Source: a virus
Taxonomy: Duplodnaviria > Caudoviricetes
Reading direction: 5' to 3' (one strand)
Length of the DNA: 64,000 nt
IMG/VR virus record: IMGVR_UViG_3300044694_000082
Span: 32,001 to 96,000 of that record
In this document: positions 10,920 to 21,357 of the stretch, piece by piece
Layout: every line of letters starts with the position of its first letter
How positions within the stretch are numbered: the first letter of the stretch is position 1
Notes under the pieces: generated by a model
What the model was told of the DNA's origin: nothing
Seen by the model: only the letters and a program-made list of their open reading frames with translations
The model's database searches: none
Position numbers and translations under genes: made by a program

Positions 10920-11287
10920 CGGGTGGCCTCCAGCTCGGCGAGGCGGGCGGTGATGAGCCGCTTCCAGGCGTCGGTGAGGGGGGCGAATACCTCCGTACGC
11001 TCGGCGTCGTTCAGTCGGTGCGCGAAGACGCCGATCTCCTTGGTTCCGAGGGTGAATCCGTGGGCCATCCTGTCGTCGTCCACGTCCAGGCCGAGTTGGT
11101 CCATGGCGCCCATGTAGGCGCCGTCACCGTCCGAGTGGCAGACGATCTGAGCGGCGACGCAGAACTGGGTGTCGGAAACGTCGAGGGCGCGGAGGTCGAC
11201 GTCCAGCTCCCAGCCGGGGTAGCGGGCGTCGAGGATGCGGGCGCCCTTCAGGACGCGGGCGTCGAGTTCGGTGTCGGTGGGGAACAT
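10916..11287 (-). CDS. hypothetical protein, paralogue of 12219-12563
   Basis: RVLKGARILD..DVDLRALD..CVAAQ..HGF..LTDAW; GACAAGGAAG RBS. Confidence 0.7.
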   Translation of the reverse strand: MFPTDTELDARVLKGARILDARYPGWELDVDLRALDVSDTQFCVAAQIVCHSDGDGAYMGAMDQLGLDVDDDRMAHGFTLGTKEIGVFAHRLNDAERTEVFAPLTDAWKRLITARLAELEATR

Positions 11288-11364
11288 GGTGTCTTCCTTG
11301 TCGTAGTTGGTCCCGTAAGCCGAAGGGGCCGGACACAGTGTGCCCAGCCTGTTCGGTCGGCGGG

Positions 11365-12204
11365 TCAGTCTTTGGTGGGCCAGAGGCAGGCCACGATCAC
11401 CACGATGGCGGTGATCACGGCGATGGCTGCGACGCCCAGGAGTACGGCACCGATCCCGAGACCGATGCCGCATCCTTCTGGGTCGTACTTCCGCATGTCC
11501 GAGGGGCACCAGAAGTTCCAGTACCAGTCGGGGATGCTCACGTGATCTCCGCGATCGTGACCCGATAGCGGCGGGTGTCGTTGCTGCCGTACGGGTCAGC
11601 CGTGACCACATCGATGGCCAGCGGCTCACCCGGGACCGGCGGGACCAGGTCGAAGTGCTTGACCAGCCGGGTCTCCAGGTCACCGTTGAGCAGACCGGTC
11701 ATGGCCGTGTAGATCGCGTAGCGCAGCTCGGCGTCGTTCATCCGGGGTACTCCCCGAGCCTCGTGTCCCAGGCGTCGCCGGGCAGACGGGCCAGCCACTT
11801 GGCGATGACCATCTGGGCGAACTCGTGCGGGATGCCTTCGGCATCGGTGCCCTCGGTCTTCTCCGTCCAGAACTCCAGCAGGGTTCCGGCCTCTTGAAGG
11901 AGGCGTTCGGCGACCTGTCGGCGCATCTGGGCGGCACTGACGCGTGCCGAGGGGGTGGGCGTGTCCATGGTGTCCTTTCGGTCGGCGGGGCTTACGCGCC
12001 CGTGAACTTCAGGTCGATGCTGGCGTCGACCTCACCGTTGCCGAAGACCCCGCCCCGGGCGTTCCCGGCGATGTAGGTCTTGGCGTCGTTCTTGATGTTC
12101 TCGCGGCCTTCGACGCCGAAGGCGGTCGTCCACTGGGACGGGTTGTGCAGGGTGACGGTCAGCTGGACGGTGAAGCTCATCGGGCGGTTGGGATCGCGGG
12201 CCAT
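11365..12204 (-). other. small hypothetical genes (11365-11541 membrane, 11538-11741, 11738-11968, 11992-12204)
   Basis: Coupled ORFs with SD motifs. Confidence 0.6.
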
Positions 12205-12218
12205 CGGGGTGGCTCCTT

Positions 12219-12563
12219 TCAGTCGGCGGCGAGTGCGGCCTTGGCGGTGCGGTGGGTGACCAGCTCGATGACCCACGCCTCGTAGAGGTTGGCGTAGTTG
12301 CCGTCGTGGTCGTCGTTTTCCTCGGCGAGGGTGACCGCGAAACCGTACTCGGCGGAGACGTCGTCGTTCGGGGGAATACCGAGCCGTTGCTGGCCCCGGC
12401 TGTACGAGCCACCACCGATGGCCTGTGCCGACGCGCAACGGGTGGTGCTGTACAGGTCGAGGGTGTCGAGGTCGATCCGGTCGGTGGCGCCCTGCTCGTA
12501 CTCCTCGATCTTGGTGATGCCCTTGCGGACGCGGGGGCGGAACTCTTCGATGGTCGTCGGCAT
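12219..12563 (-). CDS. hypothetical protein, paralogue of 10916-11287
   Basis: RVRKGITKIE..RIDLDTLD..CASAQ..YGF..LYEAW. Confidence 0.7.
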   Translation of the reverse strand: MPTTIEEFRPRVRKGITKIEEYEQGATDRIDLDTLDLYSTTRCASAQAIGGGSYSRGQQRLGIPPNDDVSAEYGFAVTLAEENDDHDGNYANLYEAWVIELVTHRTAKAALAAD

Positions 12564-12594
12564 GGTGAACCTTCCTTGTCGGGTGGTGCAGGTG

Positions 12595-12960
12595 TCAGGC
12601 GGTCTTGGCGGGGCAGGTGTCGGGGCATTCGGTGTGATCGCCGCTGTCATGCAGCCTGATCGCCTTCTCGAACCAGGCCAGCTGGCGCTGTTGTTCGAGC
12701 ATGCGCGGACCGGGACGCCCGATCAGGACCACGGCGCAGTCACGGTCGAATCGCGGTTCATACAGGCGCCCGTCGGCGGCAGGAGTGGCCCGAGTCTTGG
12801 AGACCACATCAACCCCGATCACCGGGTAGCCGGTGGGGCCGTTGACGCCGTCGGTGCGGATCTCGACATAACCGATCCTGCGCGGCAGCTTGATCTTGAT
12901 GACCGCCTCGTCGTCGTGCATGAGCACCGTGCGGTGCTCGCTGGGGTTGAGTTCGGTCAT
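12595..12960 (-). CDS. hypothetical protein, paralogue of 14559-14810
   Basis: IKLPRRIGYVEIRT..VDVVS..PAADG. Confidence 0.7.
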   Translation of the reverse strand: MTELNPSEHRTVLMHDDEAVIKIKLPRRIGYVEIRTDGVNGPTGYPVIGVDVVSKTRATPAADGRLYEPRFDRDCAVVLIGRPGPRMLEQQRQLAWFEKAIRLHDSGDHTECPDTCPAKTA

Positions 12961-14207
12961 GGGGTGCTCTCCTTGTCGAGGTGGTCGGCAAGCGCACGCA
13001 GGGCGTACTGAATGCCGGGACGGGTGCCCAGGCGGATGATCTCGGAGGGTGAGCCGTCCTTGTTCCGGACGGCGAAGCCGTTGGCGGGCAGACCCATCGC
13101 GCCACCGATCATCATGCCGCTGTCGCGAAGCTCGATCAGGTGGTCTTCAACGGCCAGGTGTACGGCCTGCATGAGGTCGGGGTCGTCGGCGATCTGACGC
13201 AGGAGGGCGGCGGCGTTGTCGGGCAGCTTGGGCGTGGTCATCAGATGCCCTCCCTGATCGTGTGGTCGGTGAGGGTGGCGTCGAGGCGGGCGATGAACTG
13301 ACCCGGCACCGGAAAGACGGTGGCGACCAGATCACCGATCACGGTTCCTTCGGGCTTGCTGTAGAAGCGGGTGATGCCGTCATCGCTGAGGACCATGTAG
13401 TCGGCGGCGATGTAGGCGACCGGGTCGTCCGCGTAGCGCTCGATGCGGAAGACGTGGGCGGGCTCGTGGTTGTCGCTCACAGCTTGGGCTCCTTCGTGGC
13501 GAGGCGTTCGCCGTTGAACTTCTTGTACGGCTGGTCGTCGCCGTCGCAGTGGATGTAGTACCAGCCGTCGAAGTACTGGCCGCCGGGTGCCATGATCCCT
13601 TCGTCCATGAACTGTGTCGGTTCAACGACGCCCCACCTGCGGTCGTAGTCCAGCACCCGCAGGCTGGGGGTGATGAGGGCGCGGTCGGAGGTATGGTGGG
13701 CCTCCAGGATGCGGAAGTCGTAGCCGGAGGGGTGGCCCCAGACCGTGCCGACGGGGCGGCGGCCGAGGGCGTCACCGAACAGGCGGGCGTTCCTCGACCC
13801 AGCCACACCGGACCCGATCAGGGAGCCTTTGGCGGCCAGGGCGGCGTGTTCGACGCTGGAGTAGGCGGTGTCTCCGTAGGCGGTGATCTTGCCCAGCGGG
13901 CTGCGACGGATAAGCAGGAGCCCTGGCATGATCACGCCTCCTCGGTGCGGACGGGGACGAACCAGGCCGGGGAGGGCTGCCCGGCGTTCGGGAACCCCGG
14001 GTCGTAGACGGCGGCGTCCTCGACGCGGATCACGCCGTTGGATTCCAGCGCGACGACGGAACCGCGAGCTACGGCCTTCTCGATTTCGTAGGCGACCCCG
14101 GCGGCGTTGTCTTGGCAGATGCGCCGGGACCAGCCGAGGCCGTAGCCGCCCGCCCACTTGGTGTACCAGACGCCGGGGACGGGGGTGGGGATGGATGCGG
14201 TGGTCAT
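12957..14207 (-). other. hypothetical genes (12957-13241, 13241-13480, 13477-13929, 13932-14207)
   Basis: Coupled ORFs. Confidence 0.65.
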
Positions 14208-14288
14208 GGTGTCGACCTTCCTTGTCGGTGTAGCGTGGTGGCGTCTACGTATCAAAGCCCGGCACGGCGGCAACCGTGCCGGGTTTCG

Positions 14289-14304
14289 TGTTTCACGTGG
14301 AACA
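14289..14304. promoter_or_regulatory. parS-consensus site 7
   Basis: TGTTTCACGTGGAACA 6 bp after stop 14311, next to hairpin AAAGCCCGGCACGG..CCGTGCCGGGTTT (14254-14286). Confidence 0.8.
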
Positions 14305-14310
14305 TCGGGC

Positions 14311-15515
14311 CTACTCGGGGGCCGACTCCCGCTGCTGCTCCAGCTGGTAGGCAGCCTCGCGCTCGATGGCCTCGCGGTCCGGCTCCGGCTCGCTGCGGCA
14401 GTCGTGCTCGTTCATGAGCGTGATCAGCGTGCCGATGTTGTCGTCGGGCTCGATGCGGGTGATGACCGTGCCGCAGTGCTCGTGTACCAGGTCGTGATCG
14501 GTCTGCATGTCGTCGTCGCTACGGCGGACGACGAAGCCGTACGGGTCGTTGATCTCCATCAGCTCTCCTCCCTGGTGCCAGTCAGGAAGACGACGCCCGG
14601 ATGGTGTGGCTGGCCGTCCTCGACGGTGTACGAGTAGCCGTCGGCGGCCGGGTCCTGGTAGGTGATGTCAGACATCACGTCGACACGTACGCGTGGGGCT
14701 CCGTCCTCGCGACGGGATTCGGTGTCGATCTCCACGACGCCGATGCCGTCGGGGAGGATGACGCGGAGGCTGCCGCGTCTCATGCGGTACTGGCGATAGT
14801 CGTTGGTCATCAGGCGACCTCGGCCTTGGCGTACTCGTCGTACGCGTCCATGAGCAGGTGGCGGAGCTGGGCGTGCGCGTCGCGGGCGGCGTTGTAGGCG
14901 GCCTCGGTCTCGTCGTAGTCCAGCTTGCCGCTGACCTCGAACCTTTCGGTGATCCACTCCCGCAGGGTGGGCATCTCCTCATACCGGGCGGCGTTCATGA
15001 GGAGTTCGCCGAGGACGCCGGACAACTCAGGGTTCACGTGACGGCCCCCGTTGCTCCGGCGGGACTCGGCCACGGCTCCACCGATGCCCCGGAAGTAGGC
15101 GGTGCGGCGGGTGCTGCCGTCCGTCACCCACTTCTGCGGCTCCTCGGTGGAGCGGATCAAGACCAGGTCCCACACCTCGTACTCGCTGTACGGGCCGGTC
15201 GAGACTTCGTGCGTCCAGAACCAGCGGGCGCGGATGCCGTCGCGGTTGATCAGGTCGGTAAGGGTGGTCATGGTGGTGTCCTTTCGGTGTCGGGCGGCGG
15301 AGTCAGCGGTCCAGCTTCTTGGAGCGCACGCGGTGCCGTGCATCCGGGGATGCGATGGTGTACTCCCTGCACAACCAGTACGCGTAGTCGCGGCCGGTCA
15401 GGGAGTCGTCCGGGCCACCCGTGTCGGTGGGTTCGACCTCGTCCAGCTCCTCCCACTCCGAGCCGGGGCCGGTGGTGTACTTGCCTTCGATGACCCAACC
15501 GTTGACGGTGCTCAT
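14311..15515 (-). other. hypothetical genes (14311-14559, 14559-14810, 14810-15271, 15303-15515)
   Basis: Coupled ORFs with SD motifs. Confidence 0.65.
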
Positions 15516-15531
15516 GATGGTGTCCTCTCGA

Positions 15532-15547
15532 TGTTTCACGTGGAACA
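15532..15547. promoter_or_regulatory. parS-consensus site 8
   Basis: TGTTTCACGTGGAACA 1 bp after stop 15549. Confidence 0.8.
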
Positions 15548-15548
15548 T

Positions 15549-15896
15549 TCAGCGGGCGGGCGGTGTGTAATCGGGGTCGCGGCGGATCTTGTTGTTGACG
15601 ATCCGGGAGACCGTCCCCTTGTCCAGTCCGAACTCCTCCGCGATGGCGGCCAGCGAGACACGGCCGGTCGCGTACTGCGCGCGGATGACCCGGGCCTCCT
15701 TCAGCAGTTGAGCACGCGTGGGTGCGGGCGGGAGATAGTCCGGGTCCGGCCAGGTCTGGCCACGGATGATCGCCGAGATGGTGGCGTGGTGGACGCCGTA
15801 CGTCTCGGCGAGCTGCGGCATGGTCGTGCGGCCTGCCGCGTACAGGGCGCGGATGGTGCGCACCTGCACCCAGGTCAGTACAGGGGCGCCGGGCAT
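15549..15896 (-). CDS. tandem double-HTH DNA-binding protein
   Basis: Two repeats: IRALYAAGRTTMPQLAETYGVHHATISAII / IRAQYATGRVSLAAIAEEFGLDKGTVSRIV, each followed by DPDY. Confidence 0.8.
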   Translation of the reverse strand: MPGAPVLTWVQVRTIRALYAAGRTTMPQLAETYGVHHATISAIIRGQTWPDPDYLPPAPTRAQLLKEARVIRAQYATGRVSLAAIAEEFGLDKGTVSRIVNNKIRRDPDYTPPAR

Positions 15897-15913
15897 GGGG
15901 TCTCCTTGTCGGA

Positions 15914-15929
15914 TGTTTCACGTGGAACG
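15914..15929. promoter_or_regulatory. parS-consensus site 9 (TGTTTCACGTGGAACG)
   Basis: Between stop 15931 and GACAAGGAG RBS. Confidence 0.78.
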
Positions 15930-15930
15930 G

Positions 15931-18900
15931 TCAGGGGCGGTTGAGGCCGCGCGTGTCCTCGAAGATGTCGGTCACGGCGCCGGTCTGGTGGTGGGTCGTC
16001 CACCACACCTCCAGCCACCGGTTGGACGGGGTGCCGTCCGCTGCCTGGGCGTAGAAGCCACGGTGGTGGAGCGCCGATCGCCTGCCGAGGCAGCTGTAGG
16101 CGCTCATGTGCTGCTCGTCCACCTCGAAGGCGTGGGCGAACCCGTCCTCAGAGGAACGCTGGGTGATGCCGGTGTGCTTGGCCATGATGATTACTCCTTG
16201 TAATGAGGGGCCGTCTCGGTCAAGGGCACGCCCCGCCGCGGATGGTCGGCGAGGCGTGCGGCTTGAGGTGACGGACAGGTCAGTCAAACAGATCGGTCAC
16301 CAGGGCGCGGGCTGCATCGAGGCACCGCCCGCAGCTCGGGCCCCGGAAAACCCGCAGCCGTCGGCAGTACCGGCAGCGGATGTGCCAGTGGCGCCACCAG
16401 GTGCAGCGGTTACGGGCGCATGGCTTGCAGAAGCCGTAGCCCATCAGTCGTGCTGGCCGATGATGAGGCGCTCGGACAGGGTCAGCGTGACGTTCTCCCC
16501 ATACGCGCGTTCGATGCGGCGCCGGTGCTCGTCGCACAGGGGCGACGGCCCGTCGCTGGGCTCCCCGCTGACATAGGCAACGTGCACGTAGTGCGTGGCG
16601 TAGGAGTGGCACCAGTCGCCCTCCGCGCAGGCGACGCGGGTGAAGTACTCGGTGTGGAAGAGGTGACGGACCGCGCCGTCTTCCTTCACGATCATGGTGA
16701 AGGCACACCGCTGGCCGTCCGGGTTGACGTCGCGCCAGGTGTAGACCTTGTACCCGAAAAAGGCGGCGTTGCTGACATCGGTCTCACGCTGCAACGGGGT
16801 GCGCACACCCTTGTCAGGGGCGCGGTGGCCCATGTGGGCGTAGTCGACCACGGTCTCGGAGTTGTCGCGGACCTCGGTGGGGATCTCAACGGTGATGGTG
16901 TCGGTCATGGTGGTGTCCTCTCGTTGCCGTAAACCGAAGTGGGCAGACACATCGTGCCTGCCCTGCCACGGTCGGCGGCGGCTACTCGTAATGGTCGGGG
17001 CGATCGGCGTGGTTGTTATAGGGGATGGGGTCGCCGGGGGCGTGAATGTACATGCTGTACGCCACGTCACCGCCCCGGCCGAAGTTCACGGAGTGCAGGG
17101 GGCGGCCACGGTCGGCGTACTCGCCCGCCTCCAGCTCAAGGGCCAGCGCCGTTGCGGCGGCGTCCGTGTCGGCGGTGGCCACGGCGACCAGCTCACGGAA
17201 CGTGAACCACCGGCCGCCTTCCTCCGGGCCGAGGTACTCCATTCCCAACCTGTAGACGGCGACCGTCCAGCTGTCGGCGGTGCAGTGATCATCCTTGGGT
17301 GCGTCGAACTTGATCAACGGCATGGTGTCTTCCTTGTCGGGTGGGCCCGTGGTGGCCCGGGGTGGTGCCCTGCTCTTCCACGGGCCGGGACTAGCGGGGA
17401 GGGTTGACGGCGGTCAGTATCACGGCGGTCACGACCACACCCCACGCGAGGTAGGTCATGAGCCATCGGGCGTCGGATCTCCAAGGGCGGTGGCGCATGC
17501 TCTTCCTTGTCGGGTGGGGCGGGCGTTCACGGGGTGTCTCCCGGCATCCAGCTTTCAAGCGCGTGCACTTCGGTGATCGAGTCCAGGAAATGGTGCTGCA
17601 TGACCACCGTCAAGGTGGCGTACAGGCAGACCAGGTCTCCGATCTTCTGACTCACCACCCAGCGCTCACGCTTGTCCTCCACCCAGCGAAGCCGGTGCCA
17701 GCCGCGCGGGAGCGGCCCGGTGGGTCCGGGCACGGGGTTGGTCATGACTGTTTGTCCTCCAGGAAGGCGGCGAACTGCTCACGGGCTTCGGTCTCGGCGT
17801 AGTCGTAGCCGATCAGCCCCCAGCACGAGCCGTCGTTAACCTCGACCCAACTGGTGTGCTCGTCGGGAAGGGTGACGTCGTCGCCGGGGTCGACGGGCTG
17901 CCAGGTCACGGCTTTTTCGATCACGTAGCCGTAGACCTCACCCCGTGCCCAGGCCATGTACTCGTCGATCTCGCCCCGGATGGCGGCCACGGGGTCGGGG
18001 ACCTGTGCGATGCCGTCGGGCATCAGGTACCAGAGGGCTTCGGCGCCGTCGTGCGGGGCGTGGTATTCGACCACGGCACCGTGGAAGATGCGCGCCCAGC
18101 GGGTGAAGATCTCGACGGCGTCCGGGTGCCCCATGATCCGCTCCCAGCCGTCCTCCAGCGGGCCGCCATCCCGGTCCACGTCGATGTACTGGTGAGTGGG
18201 CAGCGTGATCACGTGGGTCAGTTGATCGAACTCCGTGCGCGGGTTGGACGGTTCCGGGTCCGGCATGAGGCGGACGCGGTAACGCCCGTCGTCGCTGGTC
18301 TCGATGGTGTCGGTCATGGCGATGTCTCCCGTGTCAGTCGGTGATCAGGTGTAGGTTCCGATGATCTGGAACCGGCCGCCCGCTTGTGTCACTTCGGTGC
18401 GGCGCGCTTCAACGCACGCCGCACACAGGGGTTTGATCACCCCTTGGTGTGCTCGACGGGGACCTTGCCGCCACCCCATCTGTACGCGGGCCACTGCGGG
18501 CGGCGGGTCGCTGTAGTGCGCAGAGTCGGCCAGCCAGCCGCACGGCGGGGGGTTCTCGGAAGGGGGCATGGTGATGTCCTTTCACGATGCGGGGCACGGA
18601 CGGCCACCGGGATGAGCGGTGGGCGCCCGTGACGGCACCGGGTCAGTGGCCGCGAGGCGGGTGGAAGCGATAGGTCTTGGACAGGCGCGGGATGCCCGGG
18701 GTGCTGCGGCTGGTGATGGCCGTGCCGACGCGGTACAGGTGCACGGTGTCACCCTCGGTCACCATCTCGTCGGACCAGGTCAGCCGGACGGTGGGGAAGC
18801 GGCGCCCCTGTGAGGCCAGCGGCTGGAGAGGCTTGATCACGATGCCGGTGTCCGTGACCTCGGTGACGCGGGAGCCGTCGCGGCTGTCGCTGATGTAGTC

Positions 18901-20066
18901 GTGATCGGTGATGTCGACCGTCCAGCCCACGGCCACGCGGGCACGCAGTTCGGCCAGGTCGGCGATGCGTTCTTCCCGGGTGATGATCCACCGGTACGCC
19001 TTGTCCGCCTCGGACTCGTGCGGGTACTTCCACAGCTCGGTGTCCGTCTTAGTGTCGTAGTCGTGCTGGGCCACCCGCCACCAGGTGTTGGGGCCGATGT
19101 CGGCGTACTGGAGTTGGGCGCCGGTCCATGGGTGGCTGACGTAGGTGGACCACTCGACGGTGGACCAGTCGAAGGGGGTGGTGGTCATGATCAGTCCTCC
19201 GTGTGGGGCTCGTCGGGGTGGTGGAAGTCGGCGCAGCCGGTGCAGAACGGAATTCCCTCAATCTCACAGGCTGTGACGATCTCCCGTACGTGCGCGGGGT
19301 CGTAGTGGGGACGGGCGTCCAGGAACGCGGCGACAGGATCCACGATCAGCTCTCCCTGGCGGCGTCGAGGCGGGCAATCTCGGCGCGGATGGGGTCGGTA
19401 CCGGTATCGGCCTGCTCGGCGGTGATCACATACCAGCGGTCGCGGTGGGGGCCGCTGCCGTAGCGGAACACCAGCGAACCGATGCGTACGTCTTCGTTGT
19501 GGGGCACCGGAATCTGAGTGGGACCGAACCAGTGCTCGTTACTGTCGAGGGCTTCGATGATCCTGCTGGCCATGGCGCTCCGGACCTGACAGGCGCCGCA
19601 GTCAATGTGATCTTCGGTGTGCATGTCAGTTGTCCTCGGTGATCTCGCGGTGCGCGACGATCCAACCGGCGCTCTCCGACTCGCCGTTGCCGTCGTCGTA
19701 CTCGGGGTCGTCTTCCTTCGGGTGGATCTCGACGGAGAGTGCCACCCAGTACCCGGGGGTCTCGCGGATGTGATCGGCCAGGGCGCCGCCGATGTACTCC
19801 GAGGGGTGCATGATCGGGCCGCTGTACCTGTCCTGGCCGGACCAGCCATCGGCGACGTGCCAACCCTGATCGGCCAGGTACTTGACCATGTCCCGGTCGT
19901 GTTCCTTGGTGATGGATGCCTCGGCGAACGGGCCGTCGTAGTCGCAGTACACCTCCGGGGCGTAGACGCCCAGCGGCTTGCCGTCGGGGGTCTTGTCGGT
20001 GACGGTGCCGTCCGGGAGTACCCGCACGACGTGGTCGATGCTCATCAGGTTGTCGAGATCCATCAC
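15931..20066 (-). other. hypothetical genes (15931-16185, 16444-16908, 16982-17323, 17391-17498, 17527-17745, 17742-18317, 18345-18569, 18643-19188, 19191-19343, 19346-19624, 19626-20066)
   Basis: Minus-strand ORFs, most with clear SD motifs. Confidence 0.65.
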
Positions 20067-20185
20067 GGTGTCCTTTGCCGTCTCGTTATTTTGCCGTTCC
20101 GTGACTTTGCCATCCCGTTACATCCGGGGAGGCGCGGAGCGGAAGGTCAAATCCGGGTAAAGTTGCTGGTCAGCGTGTCAGGGTT

Positions 20186-20256
20186 AGTCCCGGGACTGGC
20201 GTTGGGCAGTCCCGGGACTGAGCCGCAGTCTCTCAAGAGGCCAGGTAGTCCCGGAC
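20186..20256. promoter_or_regulatory. palindromic operator-like repeats AGTCCCGGGACT x2 plus a variant
   Basis: 20186-20197, 20208-20219 (22-bp spacing), AGTCCCGGAC 20247-20256; intergenic. Confidence 0.5.
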
Positions 20257-20363
20257 GGATCGCCGGAAACTCTGACGGTCGGCGCGCTTGAGCTGACGTC
20301 GGCGCACGGTGAGGTCACGTCGGCGCAGGGATATGCGGTCGCGGCGGGTGGCTCGGCGGGTCA

Positions 20364-20822
20364 TCAGTCCTCCGTGGTCTCGTACAGGGCAACGGTCTGC
20401 CCCAGGTCGGTCATGATGCGGGTCAGGGTGACGCGCTCACCCGCGAGGTTCGTGTCGTCCCAGCGCCAGACCATCCAGCCCCGGGCCAGGGCCCATGCGG
20501 TCCCCGCGTTGATGTGCTCGGTGCTGCGGTAGGTGGTGCTGCGCCAGCGCTGAGCCGGAACCGAGCCCAGCAGGCGAAGGCCAGCGGTGTCGGCGAGTTC
20601 CACGCGGAAGCGCAGGCCGGTGGCCACGTGGTGGTAGGTGATCCCCTTTGTGGCGCGAGCCACGGCCATGCCCACCTTCACGGCCTCCCGTTCCGTGGTG
20701 CCCGGGACTGTCTCCTTCACTGCGGAGGCCACGGCCACGACGACCTGAGGGCCGTACAGCAGTTCCGGGGTGGTGGTGCGCGTGCCGTCGGGGCGGGTGA
20801 TGTGCAGAACGAAAGCGAACAT
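20364..20822 (-). CDS. hypothetical protein (N-terminal part resembles 13477-13929)
   Basis: 152 aa, CCCGACAAGGAAGG RBS. Confidence 0.65.
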   Translation of the reverse strand: MFAFVLHITRPDGTRTTTPELLYGPQVVVAVASAVKETVPGTTEREAVKVGMAVARATKGITYHHVATGLRFRVELADTAGLRLLGSVPAQRWRSTTYRSTEHINAGTAWALARGWMVWRWDDTNLAGERVTLTRIMTDLGQTVALYETTED

Positions 20823-20849
20823 GACGGGCCTTCCTTGTCGGGTGGTGCG

Positions 20850-21308
20850 TGTTCCGACCTGTTCCGACCCCCGGAACAGGCCACGGCCAGCGAAGGTAAC
20901 GAACCGATAACGCGTTACCGTTTCGTGATGTTCAAGGTCACGGTTAGGTCACGGCCAGGGAGCGGGGCTCGACCTGGCAGGGAGCGGTGAGGGGGTGGTG
21001 TTCCGAGGGTGTTCCGACCCTGTTCCGGGTCTGTTCCGAGGGGGTCGGAACAGTGTTTTCCCAGGTCAGTGGTGCTTTGTTCCGAGTGTTCCGAGTGTTC
21101 CGAGTAGGAATACAAGTCTTCTAACGCGAGAGGGGTATGTAACGGATGTATATAGGTCACAGATACGTAACGCACACGTACGTATATAAGGGAACCTTCG
21201 AAATACCCGGAACACTCGGAAACCTCGGAACACTTGCGGTCTGACCTGCGAGGATGCTGTTCCGACCCCTCAGAACACGGGTCGGAACACCCCGGAACAC
21301 TCGGAACA
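20850..21308. repeat. iteron-like array (17x TGTTCCG/CGGAACA) forming a large imperfect inverted repeat; putative replication origin
   Basis: Arms ~20999-21105 and ~21205-21308 around an AT-richer spacer with two TATATA; located at a local strand switch. Confidence 0.7.
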
Positions 21309-21357
21309 GCGGGCCGGAAGCTGGCCGCGTCAACCCGGGTTGTCCTACCGTCCGGAC

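Noticed and set aside
406-15929. 16-bp repeats as a CRISPR array or integron attC sites
   Set aside because: Spacing is irregular (0.26-6.6 kb) with whole genes between; no cas genes; too short and lacking attC R/L box structure; no IntI-type integrase
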